A stretch of 32,583 nt of DNA from a virus (taxonomy: Duplodnaviria > Caudoviricetes): positions 1 through 32,583 of the IMG/VR virus record IMGVR_UViG_3300024180_000019; one strand, given 5' to 3'. Below the pieces are notes generated by a model. That model saw only the letters and a program-made list of their open reading frames with translations, searched no databases and was not told the origin of the DNA. The number at the start of each line of letters is the position of its first letter. Within the stretch, counting starts at the first letter, position 1. Position numbers and translations under genes: made by a program. Positions 18,401 through 25,288 of the stretch are shown here, in pieces.

Positions 18401-20320
18401 GCAATAGAGAGATTAAGAATAACAGACGATGGTGACGTTGGAATAGGAATTACAATTCCTGATCAGCGTCTTGATGTACAAGATACTACCAGTACTTCTA
18501 TCAGAGTAAAGTCTACAGGTACAACAGCTACAGATAATGCTTTTCTTAGACTAGAAATTGGAGGAACTACTGCAACTAATGCAATTGCATTTGGAAGTGC
18601 TAGTAATGCTTTTCAGGGTCAAATTAGATATGTACACCAGACAAATTATATGTCTTTCCATGGTAATGGAAACTTAGAAAGAATGCGTATAGACTCTAGT
18701 GGGAATGTAGGTATAGGAACTACAAGTCCATCTAGTACATTGTCAGTAAATGGAGTTTATACAGGAGAGTATCCTGTAGACAGTGGATTGAATAACGTAG
18801 TTATGGGTGTAAGCAATGCAGGATCTATAACAACAGGAGTGGAAAACTTCATCGTAGGTCAGGGAAACTTAACCCTAGCAACATCAATAAATCGCAGTAC
18901 TGTATCAGGACAGGATAACGCAAAGTCAGTGTCTAGTAGTTCCTATAATACTTTCTTTGGCTATGGAAATATGTACTCTAATACAGGTGCAACATCTTAC
19001 AACTTTATGGCAGGGTATAATAATCTATATAGCTCTATAGGTGCTATAACGGACAACGTTATAATAGGTAGAGAAAATGGATATACTGCTGCACTTGTAG
19101 CTAACAACGCAACTCTTTTAGGTAGAGAAAATGGATACAATGCATCAAGCGTGGGTTCATGTACTCTGATAGGGTGGAGGAACTGCTACGATAATACTAA
19201 TGCATTAAATCAAAACAATATAATAGGTTATGGAAATTTGTATCACGTAGATAATGCTATAGTTTATAATAGTGTTATGGGATATCAAAACGCATATAAC
19301 GCTACAGATGTAGACTATTGTAGTTTGTTTGGATTCAGGAATGCATTCGATGCAGGCAACTTAGATTACACTACTTTATTTGGTAGAGATAACGGATATA
19401 ATTCTAGTAGTATTACTTACACTATAATGTCAGGTTATGGGAATGCTACGAATGTTGCGTCTACTATTAAAGAATCCGCACTATTTGGTAGACAAAACGC
19501 AGAGAATGGAGACGATATACAATATAGTATTTTGTCAGGTGGTGATAATGCTAAAGAGGCTAACTTTATAAGATACTCTTCTGTATTTGGGAAAGATAAT
19601 GCATTGAATGCTAATCAAGTACAGTACTCTCTAGTGTCAGGACAGAGTAATGCATACACTACTACAGATACTATTAATTATTCTATGTTAGTAGGTTATC
19701 GGAACGGATACGCAGCAACAGTATCACTTGACAATACTATACTACTAGGGTTTGAGCAAGGATACTCTGTAGGATCACAAGGTGCAGCGGATTACAGGTT
19801 AGCTATTGGAATGTACAGAGATAATCCTCTAATATATGGAGAGTTTGATAGTGAGGTTTTGAAAATTAATGGAAGTCTAACAGTAACGGATAGAACAGGT
19901 GCAGCTGCTACTAAGAGTGCATTCTTTGATAGTACTGGGCAGTTAATAGAAGGTGACCCTGCATCTACAATATCATTTGCTATAAGTGATGAAACTTCAG
20001 ACTTAACAGTAGGTCAAGGTAAATTAGTATTTAGAATGCCGTATGCAATGACAATAACTGATGTTAGAGCAAGTGTAACAACCCCACCAACAGGGAGTAC
20101 AATAATTGTAGACATTGAGCAAGGTGGATCATCTATTTTTACTACAAACTTATTATCTATTGATGCTGGAGAAAAGACAAGTACCACAGCAGCTACACCA
20201 CCTAATATAACTACAACAGCATTAAATGACGATGTAGAAATTATAGTTAATATTGACCAAGTAGGATCAACTGTGGCAGGAACAGGATTAAAAGTTTATT
20301 TAATAGGTACAAGGGCATAA
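15473..20320 (+). CDS. Long modular tail fibre/adhesin (1615 aa)
   Basis: 13 copies of the (G)xVGIGxxxP motif, many preceded by ERMRI. Then an N/G/Y-rich short-period repeat region, LIYGEFD, and a C-terminal SDETSDL...GLKVYLIG domain. Confidence 0.8.
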   Translation: MAIRFLNSQSIDGELTVTGNVGIGTTSPNSRLEVSDTFPVLRLTNESSTSTIGDVVSSIEFYNSDTSGNYPAVGAAIKSINESAFGNANALGFFTNSDSASESEHMRINSSGNVGIGTTSPLLSYGGKGLQIQNTDTAGLRLTDTTGADFDISARSGDVLLYEGEGNPIRIGVGGSEKMRIQNDGYVGIGTTTPGYLLDVQAVTDPSIRVRSSGTGSSDDALVRIRVGGTTASSIVAFGDSSSSTRGQIKYTHSVDAMRLYTAGAEQVRIDSNGDVGIGSTNPIAKLYVDGGILGGTAGDEVALLSLKTTNNNTDTLQFTSERLTTGTDWTHAAQRIQRKIDTTLMGYMQFGSMNDDLITFGEGNTERMRIDGDGNVGIGNASPENILHVEKANPIIFVQDTDTSLSTTEAYIKFSGSQSSAAGGGFRTDIEKAIGYKNDSLVFEDGGTERMRIDSSGNVGIGTTSPNSELHIASGNPVLTLQDTNSNDPNAVKIEFTDQINDVHAEIGLTAGNSGALNIKNNYKAIDFYTGTSGTSTLAMQIDDNGFVGIGITNPTATLHVNGGLRVSTVNEATTYSADKFLVSDAENVKYVDAVQLASLIDPYVTGGGKFVDGTDTNDAVYTTGNVGIGTTSPDSLLHISQGVNSTATNLIIENTDTSILDTEDLAKIEFKSNDASTGGVGVAASIRTVAESAGTLYGVGFNTKAGTAETEKMRITAYGNVGIGIVTPNDKLEVVGAINAKAGFGFKLGNSNETAIGKWYNTSGVNYLEGDASRSFQIGSVTNGVNVRFDNVNNRVGIGTTSPTTELNVKGDITITNANGTNPTDAGNLYFAESGTSWGSSIYGFRINLQGVNNTLNFQSASTTTVRDIITLTRDTAYVGIGTTSPSTLLEIASGNSGGDAALDSPTFRINNTTDSADWDVDDVVGSIEYYSSDPGGNAPYVTSFIKSVNENDSGTLPSGALTFGTAAYNAIGGAIERLRITDDGDVGIGITIPDQRLDVQDTTSTSIRVKSTGTTATDNAFLRLEIGGTTATNAIAFGSASNAFQGQIRYVHQTNYMSFHGNGNLERMRIDSSGNVGIGTTSPSSTLSVNGVYTGEYPVDSGLNNVVMGVSNAGSITTGVENFIVGQGNLTLATSINRSTVSGQDNAKSVSSSSYNTFFGYGNMYSNTGATSYNFMAGYNNLYSSIGAITDNVIIGRENGYTAALVANNATLLGRENGYNASSVGSCTLIGWRNCYDNTNALNQNNIIGYGNLYHVDNAIVYNSVMGYQNAYNATDVDYCSLFGFRNAFDAGNLDYTTLFGRDNGYNSSSITYTIMSGYGNATNVASTIKESALFGRQNAENGDDIQYSILSGGDNAKEANFIRYSSVFGKDNALNANQVQYSLVSGQSNAYTTTDTINYSMLVGYRNGYAATVSLDNTILLGFEQGYSVGSQGAADYRLAIGMYRDNPLIYGEFDSEVLKINGSLTVTDRTGAAATKSAFFDSTGQLIEGDPASTISFAISDETSDLTVGQGKLVFRMPYAMTITDVRASVTTPPTGSTIIVDIEQGGSSIFTTNLLSIDAGEKTSTTAATPPNITTTALNDDVEIIVNIDQVGSTVAGTGLKVYLIGTRA

Positions 20321-20323
20321 ATT

Positions 20324-20896
20324 ATGAAGGCAGTATTAATAAGGAAGTCAACACAGGAATTGATAAAAAAAGATCAGTATCCTAACTTATACATAAATCC
20401 AGTTGTAGGTTTAGACGCAGACCTAGAATGGTTATTAGTTGTAAATAAACCAAAACCTACTTACGACTCTGCTACACATAAATTAGTTCAACTACCAGAA
20501 CAGATAACAGATATACCTCACAAAGAGTATGCGCACTTAAATCAATATGTTATAGAATCAGTAGCAGTAGAAATGACTCCAGAAGAAATAGAGAGTTATA
20601 GCTTACCTAGCCCGTATACCGTAATGCAAGAGATGTATAAAGAAGATGGTATACAATTATTTGATGAGTTTTTTGTTAAGGTAGAGACCGAACGTGCAAG
20701 TAATAGTATTTCAGAAGATGACATTGACAATTTAACAGAGCTAATGTATTCTAGTATAGAACCACTTTATAGAGGAGTATGGAGAATTGTTGGTACTAAA
20801 TTAGATCAGTTGCAAGAACCAACAGATCAAACTGCGTTAGTTTTATTTAATTGGATAAAGGATAAAGTGTCTGATTATATAAATATTAATTATTAA
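20324..20896 (+). CDS. Hypothetical protein, possible fibre assembly chaperone (190 aa)
   Basis: Tightly coupled to both neighbours. PKPTYDSATHKL motif followed by acidic helices. Confidence 0.5.
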   Translation: MKAVLIRKSTQELIKKDQYPNLYINPVVGLDADLEWLLVVNKPKPTYDSATHKLVQLPEQITDIPHKEYAHLNQYVIESVAVEMTPEEIESYSLPSPYTVMQEMYKEDGIQLFDEFFVKVETERASNSISEDDIDNLTELMYSSIEPLYRGVWRIVGTKLDQLQEPTDQTALVLFNWIKDKVSDYININY

Positions 20897-21946
20897 ATGA
20901 ATATAGTTAACCCACATATACTTACACCACCAGTAGATACTTCTTTAAAGATGGAGTTTAGGACTACAGCAGCTAACACAACTGTATATTTACCTATTAA
21001 CACAAGTGACACTAGCGGTAAGCTAGTATTTGATGATGGTACTTCTGATATAATTGGGAGTGCAAATTATGCATCTCATACTTTTGCAAGTGCTGGTGAT
21101 TATGTCATTAAATATTATGGAACTGCAAGTAGTATAAAATGGAGCAGCACTACTGCAGGATCAGTATCGAAGTTGATAAGGATTTTAGATTGGGGAATAA
21201 CTGGAGCAACATCTGCAAAGTTAAACTATTGCTCCACTTTATTATCTGTTGCGGGAAACTTAGAAAGTACTACCACTAGTTTGTATCAGTGTTTTTCTAA
21301 TCAAACCGGTAATGTAGATGTAAGTTTATTAGATACTAGTAATGTTACTGATTTTAGTAGGATGTTTTTTAGTGCTGTTAACGCAACACCTGACACAAGT
21401 GGGTGGGATACTAGTAGTGCAGTGTATATGAATAACATGTTTTATAATGCTACCAACGCAAATCCTGACACAAGTGGATGGGACACAAGTAATGTGACAA
21501 GAATGCATTGGATGTTTACGTATGCTTATGCCGCAAATCCTGACACAAGTGGATGGGACACAAGTAATGTGACAAATATGTCTTATATGTTCTATACTAA
21601 CAGTACATCAAGAACTGCAGCAAATCCTGACACAAGTGGGTGGGATACTAGCAATGTTACTAATTTTAAACAAATGTTTTATAGAGCAAGTCTTGCTGAT
21701 CCAGATATGAGTTCATGGAACTTTAGTTCTGCTACAAACTACAATAATATGTTATATCAGAGTGGATTATCTACAGCTAACTACAATGGATTTTTAAACA
21801 AGTTAAATTCAGACAGAGTTACTTATTCATTAACTGGTAGGGCAATAGGAGATATTCCATCCACATATACTACAGCAACAAGCGGAGCAGCAAGAACTGC
21901 GCTATTGGCTAATAGTTGGACTTTTACTGACGATGGTGGAGTTTAA
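20897..21946 (+). CDS. DUF285/BspA-like repeat surface protein, putative receptor-binding tip (349 aa)
   Basis: PKD-like HTFASAGDYVIK and ILDWG, then about 6 (W/L)DTSxVxxxxxMF repeats of 25-29 aa, ending LLANSWTFTDDG. Confidence 0.8.
   Translation: MNIVNPHILTPPVDTSLKMEFRTTAANTTVYLPINTSDTSGKLVFDDGTSDIIGSANYASHTFASAGDYVIKYYGTASSIKWSSTTAGSVSKLIRILDWGITGATSAKLNYCSTLLSVAGNLESTTTSLYQCFSNQTGNVDVSLLDTSNVTDFSRMFFSAVNATPDTSGWDTSSAVYMNNMFYNATNANPDTSGWDTSNVTRMHWMFTYAYAANPDTSGWDTSNVTNMSYMFYTNSTSRTAANPDTSGWDTSNVTNFKQMFYRASLADPDMSSWNFSSATNYNNMLYQSGLSTANYNGFLNKLNSDRVTYSLTGRAIGDIPSTYTTATSGAARTALLANSWTFTDDGGV
21389..21651 (+). repeat. Coding direct repeats within the DUF285-like gene
   Basis: An exact 44-nt repeat at 21457-21500 and 21532-21575. 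An exact 26-nt repeat at 21389-21414 and 21626-21651. Confidence 0.9.
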
Positions 21947-21994
21947 GTAAAAATTTATTATATTTACATTACTATTAATTAAAATCAACATAAC

Positions 21995-22255
21995 ATGTCA
22001 AAAAAAGCTAAAAAAATTACAGCTAAAGAATTAGCTGAAGTTAAAGAACTTCAAAATAACATTAACACATTACTTATGAATATTGGTAATGCTGAACTAG
22101 TTAAAAATCAACTTGTTTCTAAACATGCGGAGTTACAAAAAGATTGGTCTGCTATTAGCAAATTACTAGAAGACAAGTATGGTTCTGTAAATATTAGCTT
22201 AGAAGATGGTGTAATATCTCCATTAAAGGAAGAAGCTTCTTTAGAAAAGGTTTAA
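21995..22255 (+). CDS. Small coiled-coil protein (86 aa)
   Basis: Heptad-like helix and C-terminal LEDKYGSVNISLEDG, with an A-rich leader. Confidence 0.65.
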   Translation: MSKKAKKITAKELAEVKELQNNINTLLMNIGNAELVKNQLVSKHAELQKDWSAISKLLEDKYGSVNISLEDGVISPLKEEASLEKV

Positions 22256-22320
22256 TAGTTATTCTTATAAGTGCTTGCAATTTTTTTTAAAACAAGGTAT
22301 TAACTTGCTTGGTTTTAATT

Positions 22321-22335
22321 TTTTTTGTATATTAT
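22321..22335 (+). promoter_or_regulatory. Putative phage promoter motif (TTTTTTGTATATTAT)
   Basis: Copy of the recurring motif 50 nt upstream of ATG 22386. Confidence 0.55.
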
Positions 22336-22385
22336 AAGTGTATAGTTTGTAATAGAACTATGCATTATATTAAAATAAAGCATTT

Positions 22386-24596
22386 ATGATTCCAACAAAT
22401 TCAAGTGCCACCACAAATGGATGTGATAATATATCTTCTAATTGTGTAATATGGCAAGGCCCTGATATTTCTTGTATAGATTTATGTAACGGTGATACAA
22501 TCTCTGAGGTAGTATTTAAATTAGCAACTGAAGTTTGTAGTTTAATAACAAATGGTGTTTCCGCAAATCCAAGCCTAACAGGCCTGGACTTAACATGTTT
22601 AAACATTAGAGGTGTAACACCAACTGAACTAGTTCCTGTTCTTCAGGCAATGATAGTTCAGATATGTAATAATTCAACTACAACAGGAACTCCAGTTCCT
22701 ACTGCAGCAGATCTTCTTACATTACCAACTTGCTTACAATATACTGATTCAAACGGTAATCCTGTTACTCAAGTTTATTTAGAACAGTATGCTATATTAA
22801 CTGCACAAAAAGTATGTAGTAATCTTGAAAGGATTATAGCTATTGAAGGTTCAATAGTTACAATTAATACTAGACTAAATACTATTGAAGCTTGTGTATT
22901 TCCAGGAGGAGTATGTGCTGTAGGAACTTCAAGTGAAGTGCAGATTATACCAACTTGCGTTAGTAATGTTGGTCAGCTAACAAATGTATCTGTTGTTGTA
23001 TCTGCTTTAGAAATTGCATTTTGTGCTTTACAAACTGCTGTAGGAACACCTAGTTTAATTAATAATGCAATATCACAATCAGTTATTACTGGTTCTTATG
23101 CAACATTAACATCATCAAATGTAACATATAGTGGAATAGCAGGATGGAATAATACACCTACTACACTAGCACAATCAGTCCAGAATGCTTGGGTTGTTAT
23201 AGATGATTTATATACATCAATATCAAGCATACAATCAACTTGTTGTCCTACAGGATGTGATTCTGTTATATTTAATTATTTGTCATCTGGTGTTATTAAT
23301 TCATCAGGTATTATAGATGGTATACTTTTTGACTTTACAAATTCTGTAATACCATCAGGTTATTTAGATACTACAAATCATTCAATTATAACGTTAACAG
23401 ATGCTGATGGAAGTTCTGTAACTACAACATTTAGCGTAGCTAACTTACAGAACTCAGGTTCTGGTTTAACAGTTAGTACTGGAACTTTAAATACTTTCCA
23501 AAACATTAGCATTACAGTAGACTTTTCAGTAACTGATACTATAGATACATGTGAGTCAATACAAAGCAGTGTTGTAAATGGTTTAATAACATGTCCTACA
23601 ATGCTATTAACTGGAATAACAACAACAGGTGTAACAGTAAACTTTACTAACGTATTGGGTATAACTGCTGTATATACAATAGATATACTAGATGGATCTA
23701 CTGTTGTAGATACATTTGTAATTAATTCACCTGGTGCTTCACCATCTCATTCATTTACAGGATTAAGTCCTAATACAAATTATATAGCCAGACTTACTGT
23801 AGCAATTGGTGGAGTAACAAAAGTATGTACAAATACTGTTGCCTTTCAAACAGTAAGTAACGCTTTACCTTGTACAAATGGTATGGATGTAGTATTTGTA
23901 CTTGATTACACTCAAAGTATGAGTGGTGAGATTACAACAATTCAAAATGATATTCCTGGATTAGTTGCAGGTATAGTAACTTCTTCTGGTTCTAATGATT
24001 ATAGATTAGCATTAGTTACTGCAGATGAATCTAATGTAGTTACACCAGATTATGGAAGTTGTATAGACTATACTGATTTACCTTTAAATCAAAGGTTATC
24101 TTTATTAGGAACAAATAATAATTATATATATACTACCTTCTGGGAAATATTCCAAAATAATAACTCATCAAGTTTTACAACAGCATTAAACTTATTAAAT
24201 GGTGGAGTAGATACTACATGTATAAACATTGGAGATGGTAATGGAGTAGCTGAACCAACAGACTATGCGGCTCAATTAGCTGTAGCAGGCGGTTCTGTTC
24301 CAGGTGCGTTTAGAGCTAATGCAGCTAAATATGTAGTTATTATTACAGATCAATTACCAGGAGGTATATCAGATAGTTTTAACGCTGCAACATGGGCTGG
24401 TATTCAGAATATGATAGCTTATGCAAATACTAACGGAATTAAGTATGTTATATGTGGAGCGGGATCAACTTTAGGTGCAACTATAAATGGTGTTTACATT
24501 CAACCTTGGATAGAATTAGCTCAGCAAACAGGTGGTGCTACTACTACTTCTTACTTACCTACAACAATAAGTAGTGTAATAACAGGAACTTGTTAA
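22386..24596 (+). CDS. Cys-rich fibre-like protein with FN3-like and von Willebrand A domains (736 aa)
   Basis: N-terminal CVIWQGPDISC...GDTISEV domain and a coiled coil. FTGLSPNTNY is an FN3 signature. MDVVFVLDYTQSM...YRLALV...VVIITD is vWA with a MIDAS-like DxTxS. Confidence 0.75.
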   Translation: MIPTNSSATTNGCDNISSNCVIWQGPDISCIDLCNGDTISEVVFKLATEVCSLITNGVSANPSLTGLDLTCLNIRGVTPTELVPVLQAMIVQICNNSTTTGTPVPTAADLLTLPTCLQYTDSNGNPVTQVYLEQYAILTAQKVCSNLERIIAIEGSIVTINTRLNTIEACVFPGGVCAVGTSSEVQIIPTCVSNVGQLTNVSVVVSALEIAFCALQTAVGTPSLINNAISQSVITGSYATLTSSNVTYSGIAGWNNTPTTLAQSVQNAWVVIDDLYTSISSIQSTCCPTGCDSVIFNYLSSGVINSSGIIDGILFDFTNSVIPSGYLDTTNHSIITLTDADGSSVTTTFSVANLQNSGSGLTVSTGTLNTFQNISITVDFSVTDTIDTCESIQSSVVNGLITCPTMLLTGITTTGVTVNFTNVLGITAVYTIDILDGSTVVDTFVINSPGASPSHSFTGLSPNTNYIARLTVAIGGVTKVCTNTVAFQTVSNALPCTNGMDVVFVLDYTQSMSGEITTIQNDIPGLVAGIVTSSGSNDYRLALVTADESNVVTPDYGSCIDYTDLPLNQRLSLLGTNNNYIYTTFWEIFQNNNSSSFTTALNLLNGGVDTTCINIGDGNGVAEPTDYAAQLAVAGGSVPGAFRANAAKYVVIITDQLPGGISDSFNAATWAGIQNMIAYANTNGIKYVICGAGSTLGATINGVYIQPWIELAQQTGGATTTSYLPTTISSVITGTC

Positions 24597-24615
24597 TAAA
24601 ATAAAAATATAAAAA

Positions 24616-25176
24616 ATGGCATGTAATTGTACAAAATGTAGTAAAAAGTGTAGTTGCGCTGATACAGCAATAACTAATGCATGTACTTATACTGATTGTA
24701 GTGTAGGAAGTGAAAGATGCGATGATGTGCAATGTGCATCATGCGTTAGCTATTGTGGTACTTCCTTTCAAATTGGTGATAGCGGTAGTCAAATAGTTAT
24801 AACTTCTGGTGAAAGATTAGATTCTATTATTCAAAAGTTTTCTATGATTCTATCAAATGGATTAGGTGCTTGTACATCAAATGATCTACAGCATGATCCT
24901 TATAATGTTTATGCAGGTACAGTTACAAGTAGTACTATTTCAGTTATTTGGAGTGGTATATGGAGTAATAGTACTGGATTAAATATATATTATGATACTC
25001 AAGTTACACCATCAGGTTGGACTCTTGCAAATGCAACTCCAATTGTAACTACTGTAAGTAACTATACTATAACAAATTTAGTAGCTAGTACAGCTTATAA
25101 AATAAAAGTTGTTGATAATGGCAACAGTGCTGCATGTAAACCAATAGAGATTTTAATTTCTACACCAGCAGCATAA
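24616..25176 (+). CDS. Cys-rich protein with C-terminal FN3-like domain (186 aa)
   Basis: 11 Cys in the first 47 residues. VTSSTISVIW...YTITNLVASTAYKIKV is an FN3 signature. Confidence 0.7.
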   Translation: MACNCTKCSKKCSCADTAITNACTYTDCSVGSERCDDVQCASCVSYCGTSFQIGDSGSQIVITSGERLDSIIQKFSMILSNGLGACTSNDLQHDPYNVYAGTVTSSTISVIWSGIWSNSTGLNIYYDTQVTPSGWTLANATPIVTTVSNYTITNLVASTAYKIKVVDNGNSAACKPIEILISTPAA

Positions 25177-25224
25177 AAAAATACAACAGGTGGTGGTTTG
25201 TTGGTTTTCTACTACAAACGTTGG

Positions 25225-25256
25225 AAGAGGCTGGATTTATTCAGTCTCTTTTTTTT
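25225..25256 (+). terminator. Intrinsic terminator
   Basis: AAGAGGCTGGA / TTCAGTCTCTT stem with two G-U pairs, running into a T-tract. Confidence 0.8.
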
Positions 25257-25288
25257 CTTATATTTACAAGGAACTTAACTAATATATA

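Noticed and set aside
19900-20320. Peptidase S74 intramolecular chaperone at the fibre C-terminus
   Set aside because: The SD motif here (SDETSDL) lacks the SDxRLKxNI pattern and the terminal coiled coil of that family.
21389-21651. Possible CRISPR array (repeats with variable spacers)
   Set aside because: The repeats are in-frame coding units of a DUF285-like protein, are not palindromic, differ among themselves, and no cas genes are present.
15473-21946. Diversity-generating retroelement acting on the fibre or tip genes
   Set aside because: No reverse transcriptase in the window, and I saw no template/variable repeat pair differing only at adenines. One elsewhere in the genome cannot be excluded.
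897-22606. Short minus-strand and alternate-frame ORFs in the track (61-203 aa)
   Set aside because: All lie within or almost wholly overlap long plus-strand genes, show no recognisable motifs, and read as antisense shadows of biased codon usage.
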